Counted from the first letter of the whole stretch, positions 10,104 through 21,046 are shown. The stretch is DNA of 63,722 nt, filler included, from an uncultured Methanosarcinales archaeon (GCA_964608065.1; 7 parts of 7 records of this genome joined end to end with filler, not necessarily neighbours in it); one strand, 5' to 3'. The notes: generated by a model not told the origin, from the sequence alone. Made by a program: numbers and translations.

Positions 10104-10833
10104 GTTTAAGGAAGAAAGGAAGGCTCATGTTTTTCAGCATTACCAAGATTCTGTTCCTGTATGTAAAAAACATTGACTTGTCAGAAGCATGTGGATATGA
10201 GCCTCCATGCAAATGCTGGACAGTTGTGTCTGGGTCAACAGCTAAATCCCAATTCAGCATCCTAAGCATAAATGCTATATCTGCTTCATTTGAAAAAGCA
10301 TTAAGATACGTGTCATAATATTCATTATTGACTTTAATATCTTCTAATGCTTTTTTTCTGTATATGCTTGCACAGTCATGCACTGCAAATATCCTGTTTT
10401 TCATTGATTTATTGACTTCTGATAGTCCTGATACTGAATAACGAATGCCTAAAGATTCTAATTTATTTTCAAAAGACACTACTCTTGGACCTATTACTCC
10501 TAACTTTTTATTTTCTTCAAGTTTTGCTATCATTTTTTTAAATACATCTTTACTGAATTTTGTATCATTACTTAGAGTCATCACGTATTTTCCTTTAGAG
10601 TTTCTTATTCCAGTGTTTATTGCATTAGAGAATCCTTTATTTTCTTTTAACTGTATTATCTTTGTTTTTGGAAATTTCTTTTTTACAAAATCAACAGAAT
10701 CATCAGTAGATGCGTCATCAACTAGGATAACTTCAAAGTTCTTGTGTGTTTGTTTATACACTGAGCTTAAAGATGTCTTTAAGTGGTGAATCCCATTATA
10801 GTGAGGGATAACAACTGATAGTTTTGGTTCCAT
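10104..10833 (-). CDS. Glycosyltransferase family 2 (3' truncated by contig end)
   Basis: LSVVIPHYNG, VDDASTDDS, NKGFSNAINTG. Confidence 0.9.
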
Positions 10834-10923
10834 ATTATCTCCTTTGTTTTTTTTTTATTATTTATAAAGATTCCCTTTATAGCAAAATATTTAAAGATAT
10901 ATTGAAATAAGAATAAATTAGTC

Positions 10924-12459
10924 ATGGTTTTAAAAGAAATTAAGATTAAATGGGGGAAGTTAGACAAATATACTAGATTAACGATTATAGTCATATTTAT
11001 AGGAATAGTTTTAAGGTTTTTTCTTGCTTCAATCTCACATGTTACTGGAGATGCTTGCTGGCATGTAAATGCAGCAAAGTTTATTGCAAATAACTATAAA
11101 ATCCCTGTATTTGAACCTATAGGCAGGACTCATTTTTGGGCACCCCCTTTGTTCCATATTATTACTGCAGTGTTTTACAAATTCTTTTATATTTTTGGAA
11201 AGGGTTCTGCAGAATTTTCTGTAAAGCTTGTAAGCCCTGTTTTTGGGAGTTTAATGCTTGTTTATACGTTTTTGATTGCAAAAAAAATTTTTAATGCTAA
11301 AATAGCATTTTATGCTGTTTTTTTTTTAACTTTCCTTCCTAACCATATTTACCATAGTTCTATCCCCTACATAGGGCCTATGGTTTCTTTACTAATTTTA
11401 GCCAGCATATATTATTTAATAAATGATAAGGTTATTATCTCAGCAATTTTGGCTGGGCTTGCTATGTTAACCAAGTTTCAAGGTATTTTTTTGTATCCTA
11501 TCCTTATATTTATCATATACATCAAATTTTGGAAGTACAGACGAGTATTTATTAAGAAATTTTTGTTGATAACTGTAGTGTCTGGTTTAATAGGATCTTT
11601 ACATTATCTGAGGGGTTTATTTCTTTTCGGCAGTCCTTTTGGAGGTACTGTTGGATTTACGTCCTTTAATATCCTCGATCTTGTCAATTTAAAGCTTTAT
11701 CTGAAATTGTATCTGAGCTTTTTTGGTGTGCCTTCAGGACATTTAAGTAATCTTTTTTTAATAACACATCCTGTTCTTAAATTATTGTTATTAGGATGGC
11801 TCTTTGCTACAATATTTTTTTTTCTTCCATTAATTATTGGTTTTTTTTCATTTATAAGAAAAAAAAGAAAAGAAAATGTTTTTATTTTGGTGTGGTTGGT
11901 TTCCTATCTGCTATTTTTATTTTTTATGATGACTTCGTCAAAAAGCTATATTTTCTCCAGGTATTTAATGCCAATTTTTCCTGTTTTTTCAATTTTTTGG
12001 GCCCTTGGAATTAGTTATGTATTATTAAAATTAAAAAAAAAAAAAAAAATTTTTTTTATTGTGTTATTGGTTAGTGTGGTTGGCTTTGTTTCAGCAGAAT
12101 TCATTAAATCGAATATGGTTAAGGGTATGTGGGGTTTTTATGAAGATGATTTTGAGTGGGTTAGGAGCAACATACCAAAAGATGGTGTTATACTGGTATC
12201 ACATGACAATTGTTTTACCTATAATTTTAACAGATATACCATAACTTATTATCAAGGTTATAATATTAGCTCAATTGATGATTTAGAAAAATATGATGTT
12301 TCATATGTTTGGGTGAACCAAGAGTTTGATGTTACAAGCGCTTTTGAGAAAGGAAGATCCCCTTATCCTGATGAATTTTACAATGATATTCAAAAATTTG
12401 ATGTATTATATTATAACAATAATACAGGAACATATATTTATCATGTAAAAATGGATTGA
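10924..12459 (+). CDS. GT-C fold (ArnT/PMT-like) membrane glycosyltransferase
   Basis: LRF...GDACWH, PPLFH, GLAMLTK, RYLMP motifs; many TM segments. Confidence 0.8.
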   Translation: MVLKEIKIKWGKLDKYTRLTIIVIFIGIVLRFFLASISHVTGDACWHVNAAKFIANNYKIPVFEPIGRTHFWAPPLFHIITAVFYKFFYIFGKGSAEFSVKLVSPVFGSLMLVYTFLIAKKIFNAKIAFYAVFFLTFLPNHIYHSSIPYIGPMVSLLILASIYYLINDKVIISAILAGLAMLTKFQGIFLYPILIFIIYIKFWKYRRVFIKKFLLITVVSGLIGSLHYLRGLFLFGSPFGGTVGFTSFNILDLVNLKLYLKLYLSFFGVPSGHLSNLFLITHPVLKLLLLGWLFATIFFFLPLIIGFFSFIRKKRKENVFILVWLVSYLLFLFFMMTSSKSYIFSRYLMPIFPVFSIFWALGISYVLLKLKKKKKIFFIVLLVSVVGFVSAEFIKSNMVKGMWGFYEDDFEWVRSNIPKDGVILVSHDNCFTYNFNRYTITYYQGYNISSIDDLEKYDVSYVWVNQEFDVTSAFEKGRSPYPDEFYNDIQKFDVLYYNNNTGTYIYHVKMD

Positions 12460-12465
12460 TACAAA

Positions 12466-13575
12466 ATGGAGAAAAGAATTGTTATTATTGGAGGAGGAAT
12501 TCATGGTCTTACTACAGCAATAGCTTTAGCTGATACTAACAATAAGGTCATAATTATAGAAAAAAAAAAAATGCTTTTTCAAGGTACATCTGGCGCTACA
12601 CATAACAGGGCTCACATGGGATACCACTATCCTAAATCTGTTGAAACTGCTTTAGAATGTCAAAAAGGACTTGATTATTTTAAGAGGATGTATCCGAAGA
12701 CGCTTTTTTTTCCAAAAAAAGGTTATTATATAATTGCAAAAGAAAAATCACAAACCACAAAAGAAGAATATATAGAGTTTTGTCATAAAATAAAAGTACC
12801 ATGCAAAATTGAGTGGCCTCCCCAGGATATTCTCAAAAGAGAGTTAATTAGTGCTCCATTTTTATCTCTAGAACCAATCTTTAACACAGACTTACTAGTG
12901 CAAACATTAGAAAAAGAAGCAACACAAAAAGGTGTTGTTTTTCAAAAGGGCATTGAAGTTGTATCAGCAAAAAGAGAGAAAAAAAATGGTGAATACACAA
13001 TAGATACAAAAGAAGGAGGAGATATAGGGGGGAAAGATAGTATTAAAGCAGATATATTAGTTAACGCAACGTATGCGTATTCAAACAATATTCTGAAAAT
13101 TTGTGGATTAGAAGAATTTATGACGGAATACAGACTACAAACAACAGAGGTTGTAGTAGTAAAATCAGATATCGATATCCCTCCCTTAACAATAATGGAT
13201 GGTCGTTTTATATCAATAATGCCTTATGTAGGTCATGAAAATCATTATTTAGTGTACGATGTAGAAAATTCGGTTGTTGATGAAAAAAAAGGATATTTAT
13301 ATGATGATTCTAATGTATTTCCTTCAAATTATGAAAAAATGGTTGAAAAAGGACATAAATATTTTCAATTTATGGATAAATTGAAATATGTATGTTCTTT
13401 ATGGGGGTCGAGACCAATACCAGTTGATAGCGCAGTACAATCAAGAACAACAAGATTAAAAAGGTATGAATCCAGCCCTGGCTTCTATTCAATACTAGAA
13501 GGAAAGTTTATATCTGCTCCACTTATGGCTCAAAAAATAAAAAAGATGCTCGAAGAGGATGGCTTAATAAAGTGA
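12466..13575 (+). CDS. FAD-dependent oxidoreductase (DAO-like)
   Basis: IIGGGIHG Rossmann motif; NRAHMGYHYP. Confidence 0.8.
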   Translation: MEKRIVIIGGGIHGLTTAIALADTNNKVIIIEKKKMLFQGTSGATHNRAHMGYHYPKSVETALECQKGLDYFKRMYPKTLFFPKKGYYIIAKEKSQTTKEEYIEFCHKIKVPCKIEWPPQDILKRELISAPFLSLEPIFNTDLLVQTLEKEATQKGVVFQKGIEVVSAKREKKNGEYTIDTKEGGDIGGKDSIKADILVNATYAYSNNILKICGLEEFMTEYRLQTTEVVVVKSDIDIPPLTIMDGRFISIMPYVGHENHYLVYDVENSVVDEKKGYLYDDSNVFPSNYEKMVEKGHKYFQFMDKLKYVCSLWGSRPIPVDSAVQSRTTRLKRYESSPGFYSILEGKFISAPLMAQKIKKMLEEDGLIK

Positions 13576-14555
13576 AAGTTAAAGTCGGTTTAATAGGTCC
13601 AAGAAAAAAAAAATATGGTATTGGACAGTATGTAGCTAGAGAGATCTTAAATTATCCTCTCTCTGAATTAGCTGCAATAATGAGTACAAGTGCAGAATCT
13701 TTAAAGAAAGCTTTAAAAGATTTGAATAGTAGAGAAGATGTATTGAATAAGTTTAATGGTGAAGGCTATGTTCTGGATAAAAAATTTTTTGAAAAAATTG
13801 ATTTAGCTGTAATTTGTTCACCTGCAGAAACACATGAAGATTATATACGACAAGCTTTGAATGCTAATCAACACGTTTTGGTAGAAAAACCGTTATTGTA
13901 CAACCCTGGTGCCAAATCTAAAGATAGGATTAAAAAAGCTTATGATTTAGTTAAATTAGCAAATAGCAAGGGTTTGTTTTTAGCAACAAATTGTCAAAGG
14001 GCTGCAGTTGTTCAGGTTTTGTATGAAAAACTAGGTCTGCCATTACAACCTTACTTTATCGACATAGAACTAAAAATTAAGTCAAAAGGGAAGTTAGAAA
14101 GTCCTAAAGATCTTTTTGATTTAATAATAGCACATCCTATAAGTATACTTGTAAAATACGGATTAACTGATTTTAAATCGGTAAAGATTGAGGATTATTC
14201 AGAAAAATATGATTCATCTTCAAGTTCTTTGATTATTGAGGGGTCGTCCAAAGCAACAAGGTTCAATATTAAGCTACAACAATCAAAAGAAATACTTTTT
14301 GCTAGTATGGTTATTAAGGTTGATAAATGTAAGTCTATACAAATTACAATGCAAGAAGACCCTAAAGGTAAAATTAGAGTTGAGTATCTTGATGGAAAAA
14401 AGAAAGTATACTCAGAGGACCATTTAAAAACTTCTGTAAGCAGAATGATTGATGCTGTTTATTATAAAGATAAGAAACACAAACCTTTGATAACCAACAC
14501 AGAAAGCTATCTTATCTATGCTCTGCAGGAAAAACTTAGGGAATTATTATTCTAA
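13572..14555 (+). CDS. Gfo/Idh/MocA family oxidoreductase
   Basis: ICSPAETH, HVLVEKPL; GTGA overlap with upstream gene. Confidence 0.8.
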   Translation: MKVKVGLIGPRKKKYGIGQYVAREILNYPLSELAAIMSTSAESLKKALKDLNSREDVLNKFNGEGYVLDKKFFEKIDLAVICSPAETHEDYIRQALNANQHVLVEKPLLYNPGAKSKDRIKKAYDLVKLANSKGLFLATNCQRAAVVQVLYEKLGLPLQPYFIDIELKIKSKGKLESPKDLFDLIIAHPISILVKYGLTDFKSVKIEDYSEKYDSSSSSLIIEGSSKATRFNIKLQQSKEILFASMVIKVDKCKSIQITMQEDPKGKIRVEYLDGKKKVYSEDHLKTSVSRMIDAVYYKDKKHKPLITNTESYLIYALQEKLRELLF

Positions 14556-14654
14556 TAGAAGATAATTTCTGCTGGATTATCTGCAGATAATGGAAAAATA
14601 TTTAAATAATATAACTTGTGTTCTAAAAAGATTGAAACAAAAATGGAGGTTAAT

Positions 14655-15338
14655 ATGAATGAAGAGCTAACAGTTGTTATACCTGTATACAATGAAGAGG
14701 AATCAATAGGGAAAATGATAGATGGTGTTAGAAAGGCGCTACCAGACAGCCCTATAATCGCTGTAAATGATTGCTCAAGCGACAACACGTTAAATATACT
14801 AAACAAAATTGCTTCAAAAGACACAAAAATAAATGTTATTTCTCACGAAAAAAATAAAGGCCATGGTGGAGCATTAAAAACTGGCTTCAAAAGCGTAAAA
14901 ACAAAATACATTTCTTTTCTGGATGCTGACTTAAGCTATCCTCCTGAATATCTTCCCATTATGTTTAAGGAAGTAAAGAGGCATAACTTAGACATTATAT
15001 GGGGAAATAGATTTGGTGGAAAAATAAACAAAATGCCCTTGCTTAGAAGGATAGGAAATAAAATACTCACCATATTGTTCCTCATTTCAACAGGAAAATA
15101 TATTCCTGACTGTACCAGTGGAGAAAGGATAATAAACAAAGAATCTCTAAAAAAAATGGATATATATAATTCAACAAATGCTCTGGATTTTGTTTGCGTT
15201 CTTTCAAAAAGGACAATAGTCAGAAAGCTAAATTACAAGATATTCCCTATCAATTATTTCTCAAGGAGAGGTATTTCAAAACTCAATGTTGTGAAAGATT
15301 TCTTAAGGATGGTAAAAACGACTATTCTAGAAAAATGA
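14655..15338 (+). CDS. GT2, dolichol-phosphate sugar synthase-like
   Basis: VIPVYNEEE, NDCSSDNT, NKGHGGAL, DADLSY; GGAGGT Shine-Dalgarno before ATG 14655. Confidence 0.9.
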   Translation: MNEELTVVIPVYNEEESIGKMIDGVRKALPDSPIIAVNDCSSDNTLNILNKIASKDTKINVISHEKNKGHGGALKTGFKSVKTKYISFLDADLSYPPEYLPIMFKEVKRHNLDIIWGNRFGGKINKMPLLRRIGNKILTILFLISTGKYIPDCTSGERIINKESLKKMDIYNSTNALDFVCVLSKRTIVRKLNYKIFPINYFSRRGISKLNVVKDFLRMVKTTILEK

Positions 15339-15371
15339 AATTATTTTTCTTTATTAATTATTTATTATTAT

Positions 15372-17201
15372 TCAGACAACTTTAAGCAATAACATTCCAT
15401 TTGTCTGATGTTCTATTGCAAATAGGCCCGAGTTGCCTAGTTCATTTATTTTATCATTGGTTTTGTTAATTCCCATGCTGTTTTCTCTAGCGCAGTTTCC
15501 GTCAATTATCATATATTTATAACCTCGGCTTTTTAGCCAGCTGTGTAAATCATCAGCACTTAATTCTATTCTTTCATCATAGGGTTTTTGTTCAGCGCCT
15601 TCTCCTTTCCAAAAATAAACCAGTTTGTCAAAACCTAAAACTTTTCTTGCACCAAGACTGCATACTGGAAATACTTTTTCATTAATAGCTAGGTTGTTTA
15701 GATAAAGATAGCCCTGGAATTCATCCATACTGCTCCACAAGCCTCCTGGAGGCCATATTGCAGTATTAACTGTGTATTTCTGAATTCCTGAAGTGAATAT
15801 TATTCCTAAAACTATTAGTAAGATTGTTATTATTCTAGGGATTCCAATTTTTTTTATTTTATCTGCTAAGAACCATGCACCAATAGTTGAGAATATTGCT
15901 ACGGGAATTGCAAACAACATCCAGAATCTGAAACCGTAAAGGCCAATAGGTAAATTAAAGGTCATAGAGTTTATACCAAGGAATGTGAAGACAAGCCATA
16001 TTAATGTGATTATAATCCAAGAGCCTGATTTTTCTTTTAATGTTTTATAATTAAAGATTAAGTAGATTATAGATATTAGTATTAGTAAAGATATTATGAT
16101 TCCAACACCTATAGGGTTGTTGATCATGTTAATTTTTCTTGCTATAAAAAAATCATCAAAATTATAAGGACGGGTTGCTGTTCCACTGTCAGGACCAAAG
16201 ACTGTTTTTCCTTTGCCAGAAGCTCCTGATTCTGCAACTCCAAAGAAATCTTTTGCATTTGGAGCCCACCATATCATTGAAATCAATAATCCAAGTATTA
16301 AGGCTGTAAGAATAGGTTTTATGATTTTTTTTTTGTAGATTGATTTTATTAAAAAGTAGATTCCAAACAGGATTCCAAATTTTATTGATTGTGTTGGCTG
16401 GATTAACAGGATTCCAGCTATGACTAACGCAGATGTATATGACCATCTTTTATCATATTTTATTCTTTCAAAGCAGTACATTGCCGGGAAGAATAGAGTT
16501 ACAATATAGCTATGAGACCATATGAAATGGCTTAAGTAGCATGGAATTGCAGCAAGAACGAATGTTGCAAATAATGCTTTGTTTTTATCTCCTATGAATT
16601 CTTTTGTGAAGAAATAGAAGAAGATTATTCCTAATGATATTATTAAAGCATTAAAAAATTTCAGAGTCCAGCTTAAGGATGGAGAAGTTTGGTGTAATAG
16701 GCCAAATAAAATAGCATATCCTGGAGGGTATGGGTCGATGTATTGTAATACATTTACTTCAGGCATAGGATCATTAACATTTTTCTCAAATGCAACGTAT
16801 TTAACAGATAAAGAGTGCTGCCATGAATCATCATCTTCAAGATAAGGGTATGCAAAAGCTCCTTTTTCATACATGAAAAGTGTGAAGAAGAATAAGATAA
16901 GGACAAACAAGATGATTAGATTGGATTTTGTAAGTTTTATTATAGGTATTTTAAGGTTTTTTATATTTTTGATTAAGAAGTATATTGGAATTATAAGGCT
17001 TAATACTAGAAATATTTTCCAGTCTATAGGAATGTGTAAGAGGTTTAAGATTACACCTATTAAAGGTATTATTCCAAGGCCTATTCCAACTCTAATTAAG
17101 TTTCTTTCCAATAGGTTGTTAGAATTCTTAATAAAGCTAGTTAAACTGTATCCTAATCCCCAGCTGTAAACAAAAAATAAAACTATTGTTAAATAACTCA
17201 T
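15372..17201 (-). CDS. GT-C fold multi-TM glycosyltransferase-like protein
   Basis: EDDDSWQH loop, YPPGY, RFW motifs; about 13 TM segments. Confidence 0.7.
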   Translation of the reverse strand: MSYLTIVLFFVYSWGLGYSLTSFIKNSNNLLERNLIRVGIGLGIIPLIGVILNLLHIPIDWKIFLVLSLIIPIYFLIKNIKNLKIPIIKLTKSNLIILFVLILFFFTLFMYEKGAFAYPYLEDDDSWQHSLSVKYVAFEKNVNDPMPEVNVLQYIDPYPPGYAILFGLLHQTSPSLSWTLKFFNALIISLGIIFFYFFTKEFIGDKNKALFATFVLAAIPCYLSHFIWSHSYIVTLFFPAMYCFERIKYDKRWSYTSALVIAGILLIQPTQSIKFGILFGIYFLIKSIYKKKIIKPILTALILGLLISMIWWAPNAKDFFGVAESGASGKGKTVFGPDSGTATRPYNFDDFFIARKINMINNPIGVGIIISLLILISIIYLIFNYKTLKEKSGSWIIITLIWLVFTFLGINSMTFNLPIGLYGFRFWMLFAIPVAIFSTIGAWFLADKIKKIGIPRIITILLIVLGIIFTSGIQKYTVNTAIWPPGGLWSSMDEFQGYLYLNNLAINEKVFPVCSLGARKVLGFDKLVYFWKGEGAEQKPYDERIELSADDLHSWLKSRGYKYMIIDGNCARENSMGINKTNDKINELGNSGLFAIEHQTNGMLLLKVV

Positions 17202-17212
17202 TTAAACCCCAA

Positions 17213-17374
17213 CTAAAATAATGCGTAAATAAACGGTGATAGTGAACTGCTCTGCCCAAATATGATTAATATTCCCACTAAGATAAGCATAATGATTATT
17301 GGAGTAAGCCACCATGCTTTCCGAACTTTAAGGAAGTCCCAGAGTTCTCCTAACAATGATTTGTTTTTTGACAT
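17213..17374 (-). CDS. SxtK-like (DUF5989) small membrane protein, not in the ORF track
   Basis: MSKNKSLLGELWDFLKVRKAWWLTPIIIMLILVGILIIFGQSSSLSPFIYALF; ELW.FL..RK.WWL.P...PFIY.LF consensus. Confidence 0.8.
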   Translation of the reverse strand: MSKNKSLLGELWDFLKVRKAWWLTPIIIMLILVGILIIFGQSSSLSPFIYALF

Positions 17375-17403
17375 TCTAGGTTGTTCTTATGGATATTTAT
17401 TTA

Positions 17404-19164
17404 TTAATCTTTCGCAATTTTCTCACTGTCCCACATATCCTGCGGATTGTCTGCTCTTTTTATTAAAAATTTGTCTATTACTAAATAATCAATTCCTGTG
17501 CCCATCATGCATTTGTATGCATCATATGGTGTGCAGACAATTGGTTCTCCACGAATGTTAAAGGATGTGTTGATTAAGATAGGGATTCCAGATAGTTTTC
17601 CAAATTCTTTAATTACATTATAGTATAATGGATTTTGCTTTTTTCTTATTGTCTGCAGTCTTCCTGAACCGTCAACATGTGTTACAGAAGGTATTTTCTT
17701 ATGCCATTGTTTCTTTATAGGGTAAACCATAAGCATATAGTCTGTTGGTTCTGGGATTGGTTTGTCACAGTCAAAGTATTTTAATGCATCATCTTCGCAA
17801 ATGACAGGAGCAAATGGCCTGAATTTTTCCCTGTGTTTCACTTTTTCGTTTAATATTCTTTGCATATCTTTGCTGCAGGCATTGGATAATATAGATCTCG
17901 AGCCTAATGCCCTAGGGCCCCATTCCATTCTTCCCTGGAACCAGCCAATGACATTGTTGTTATGGATTAATTTTGCAGATGTTTTTATTATTTCTTGTTT
18001 ATCTTTAAATTCTGAATGTTTTATTTTGTTTTTTTTACAGAAGTTTTTGATGTTTTCTGTTGAGAACTCTGGGCCAAAGTAAGCATCTTTCATTACATAA
18101 TTGCGTTTTTTGTTTAGAATGCAGTTGTATACATAGAAAGCTGCTCCTATGCTTGTTCCACCATCTCCTGATGAAGGCTGTATCCATATTTTTTTGAATT
18201 TTGTGTTCTTTAATATTTTTCCATTAGCTACACTGTTTAGTCCGCAGCCTCCTGCTAAGACAATGTTTGTATATTTTGTTTCTTTATAGACATGATTCAG
18301 GATTTTGAATAATACATCTTCATAGATTAATTGCAGAGCAGCTGCAATGTCTTTATGATGTTGAGTCATTTCAGCATCACGTTTTGTTATAGGGCCTTCC
18401 AGTAGTTTGCATAATTTCTTAGATGGCATTCTGTCTTTGTAATGATATACAAAGTAGGACATATCCATAGCAAAGCTTCCATCTTTCTTGATGTCAATGA
18501 CTTTCTTTAATTTTTCATAGTAAGGATTAGTTTGTTTATCCATATTACCACAGGAACTTAATCCCATCACTTTATATTCAGAATTGTTTACACTAAATCC
18601 TAAGTAAGCTGTAATAGTGCTGTAAAGAAGTCCTAAAGAGTCTGGAAATTTTATTTCTTTTAGTAAGTTAATTTTGTTGCCTTCTCCAACACCATAAGTT
18701 GTTGTTGTCCATTCTCCAACACCATCTATAGTTACAATTGCTGCTTTTTCAAAAGGACTGACTAAGAAAGTAGAGGCAGCGTGTGCCATGTGATGAGGTA
18801 TAAAAAAAGTATCTCCTTTGTACTTAAGAGTTTTTTTTATTTTTCTTATAACTCTTAGTTTTGTGTTTATCCATGATGGCAGAGATGTTATGAAGGTTTT
18901 AAAGCTTCTTGGAAACGTTTCAATGTGTTGCGATAAAACACGTTCAAATTTAAGAAATGGTTTTTCATAAAAACCAATATGATCTATGTCATCTATTGAG
19001 ATATTTGCATGTTTTAAACAGAAGTTGATAGCATTAATTGGGAATGATGTGTCATGTTTTTTTCTTGTAAATCTTTCTTCTTCAGCTGCGGCTATTATTT
19101 TTCCATCTTTGATTAAGCAAGCTGATGAGTCATGGTAATAACAGCCTATTCCAATTATATACAT
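17404..19164 (-). CDS. O-carbamoyltransferase, NodU/CmcH/SxtI family
   Basis: HDSSA, EEERFTRKKH, HHMAHAAS, EYKVMGL, GPRALGSRS, HVDGSGRLQT, NTSFN.RGEPIV. Confidence 0.93.
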   Translation of the reverse strand: MYIIGIGCYYHDSSACLIKDGKIIAAAEEERFTRKKHDTSFPINAINFCLKHANISIDDIDHIGFYEKPFLKFERVLSQHIETFPRSFKTFITSLPSWINTKLRVIRKIKKTLKYKGDTFFIPHHMAHAASTFLVSPFEKAAIVTIDGVGEWTTTTYGVGEGNKINLLKEIKFPDSLGLLYSTITAYLGFSVNNSEYKVMGLSSCGNMDKQTNPYYEKLKKVIDIKKDGSFAMDMSYFVYHYKDRMPSKKLCKLLEGPITKRDAEMTQHHKDIAAALQLIYEDVLFKILNHVYKETKYTNIVLAGGCGLNSVANGKILKNTKFKKIWIQPSSGDGGTSIGAAFYVYNCILNKKRNYVMKDAYFGPEFSTENIKNFCKKNKIKHSEFKDKQEIIKTSAKLIHNNNVIGWFQGRMEWGPRALGSRSILSNACSKDMQRILNEKVKHREKFRPFAPVICEDDALKYFDCDKPIPEPTDYMLMVYPIKKQWHKKIPSVTHVDGSGRLQTIRKKQNPLYYNVIKEFGKLSGIPILINTSFNIRGEPIVCTPYDAYKCMMGTGIDYLVIDKFLIKRADNPQDMWDSEKIAKD

Positions 19165-19173
19165 TTTATCCTC

Positions 19174-19425
19174 TTAAAATTGCCTGTAATATTTGTCTAT
19201 TGGTTCTGTTTTTAAGTTTAAATCTGACCAGTAAGTGTTTTTCTTTTTTTCTTTTTTTAGTTCTAAAAAATGCTTTTTGAATATTTTTGAAAGGAGGGAT
19301 GTTAATCCAACTCCAATTATATAGACAAATGATAGCAGAATGTAGTTTATTGTGTTGGTTATTATACTGCCAAAGCTTTTGAAACCTTTTCTGAATCCTT
19401 TGAAGAATAGTTTTATGTTGTTCAT
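19174..19425 (-). CDS. SxtJ-like protein, C-terminal part
   Basis: FG..I...IN.ILL..VY...V, TYW and terminal YRQF are typical of SxtJ. Confidence 0.65.
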   Translation of the reverse strand: MNNIKLFFKGFRKGFKSFGSIITNTINYILLSFVYIIGVGLTSLLSKIFKKHFLELKKEKKKNTYWSDLNLKTEPIDKYYRQF

Positions 19426-19622
19426 TCTTTTATAGATTTTATTATCAATCTTATCAGATATATTATGATGACACAGATAGGGATGTATAAATAACCTATA
19501 TCTGGGATTTTATTTAACAGTCTTAAAATCAGGTAAAGTGCTGATGCAAAGAATAAAAACCCTGTAAAAAAGCCTATTTCTTCACCTATTTTACTTATAT
19601 TATTATTTCCCCAAAAATGCAT
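19422..19622 (-). CDS. Small 2-TM protein, possibly the N-terminal part of a split SxtJ
   Basis: ATGA overlap with the SxtJ-like ORF; two hydrophobic helices. Confidence 0.5.
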   Translation of the reverse strand: MHFWGNNNISKIGEEIGFFTGFLFFASALYLILRLLNKIPDIGYLYIPICVIIIYLIRLIIKSIKE

Positions 19623-19676
19623 TTTATATTCAACTTAGCGAAACATATTTAAATAGTTTCCTATTATTGAGGAAAG

Positions 19677-20041
19677 ATGAAAGTAGTAATAACAATACCT
19701 AGCTACAACGAAGAAAAGACGATTGGGGGTTTAATAAAAGAAATAAAACAAGTAATGAGTAGGTATAACTATAAGATTCTGGTTGTTGATGATGGAAGCA
19801 AAGACAGAACTTCATTGGTTGCTAAGCAAAATGGTGCTGTAGTTTATTCTCATCCTGTTAATTATGGATTAGCTGATACATTCAATACAGAGATTGAGAA
19901 AAGTCTGGAGCTGAATGCAGATGTTATTGTGCATATTGATGCTGATGGTCAGTATCTACCTAAAGAGATTCCAAGATTGATAAAAGAGATTGAAAATGGT
20001 TATGATTTGGTTTTAGGATCAAGGTTTAGAGGGAAGATAGA
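19677..20041 (+). CDS. GT2 glycosyltransferase (3' truncated)
   Basis: IPSYNEE, VDDGSKD, DADGQY, VLGSRF. Confidence 0.9.
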
Positions 20042-20141
20042 NNNNNNNNNNNNNNNNNNNNNNNNNNNNNNNNNNNNNNNNNNNNTTAATTAATTAANNN
20101 NNNNNNNNNNNNNNNNNNNNNNNNNNNNNNNNNNNNNNNNN
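20042..20141. other. Artificial contig linker
   Basis: N44-TTAATTAATTAA-N44. Confidence 0.98.
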
Positions 20142-20148
20142 AGTTTAA

Positions 20149-21045
20149 ATGAATTATTTGTTCTATGCTTTAATAGCTTATGGATTTTGGGCTATAGGAA
20201 TTGTACTAGATAAAATTCTCAGAACTAAATATATTAAAGATTCAAGTGTTTTGACAGTTTTTTTTGGTATATTTAACTTTTTACCTTTTCTTATAATCTT
20301 ACCATTTCTAAACATAGCAATACCAAAACTTACAACACTTCTAATATCTATTCTTGCAGGATCATTAATGGCAATATCAATTATACCTTATTTTAGTTCA
20401 TTGTCTTTAGAAGAGGCTTCAAGAGTACAGCCATTATGGCATTTTTCTCCGTTATTTGTTTTAATATTAGCTTTAATTTTTTTAGGAGAAAAACTCACTA
20501 CAACTAATTATATTGGTTTCTTTTTCATCTTATTTGGCGGATTGCTAATATCTACAAGAAAAATAAAAGATATTTTTAAAGTTAGCAAAGTGTTTTGGTT
20601 AATGGTGACTGCAAGCTTTCTATGGGCAATTAGTGAAGTGTTGACTAAATATATCTATGGAAGTTTAGATTATTGGAATGGTATATTTTGGATACTTTTA
20701 GGTTTTATGTTAGGTTCTTTGTCTTTACTTTTAATAAAAAAAACAAGAATAAAGTTTAAAAAAACGATATCTACTTTAAACAGAACATCTCTTTCAGTTC
20801 TAATTGTTTCTTCTTTATTAGGATCTGTTGCACGCATATTCTACTTTCTTGCAATAATGCTTGGCTCTGTATCAATAGTTGCTGTTATAAGTGGTTTTGA
20901 AAGCCCTTTTGTCCTGATATTTGCGATTATCCTGTCACATCAACTACCAAAACTATTTAAAGAAGAAATTGATAAAAAAATTATACTTCATAAAATAACA
21001 GCAATATTTTTAATGTTTGTTGGTTTAGTCTTTATATACATATAA
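20149..21045 (+). CDS. EamA/DMT family transporter
   Basis: 10 TM segments in two repeats; EEASRV.PL, FLGEKL. Confidence 0.85.
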   Translation: MNYLFYALIAYGFWAIGIVLDKILRTKYIKDSSVLTVFFGIFNFLPFLIILPFLNIAIPKLTTLLISILAGSLMAISIIPYFSSLSLEEASRVQPLWHFSPLFVLILALIFLGEKLTTTNYIGFFFILFGGLLISTRKIKDIFKVSKVFWLMVTASFLWAISEVLTKYIYGSLDYWNGIFWILLGFMLGSLSLLLIKKTRIKFKKTISTLNRTSLSVLIVSSLLGSVARIFYFLAIMLGSVSIVAVISGFESPFVLIFAIILSHQLPKLFKEEIDKKIILHKITAIFLMFVGLVFIYI

Positions 21046-21046
21046 A

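Noticed and set aside
17213..19622. Saxitoxin biosynthesis
   Set aside because: Only sxtI/J/K-like genes are present, with no sxtA, sxtG or other core genes; the context is glycosylation.
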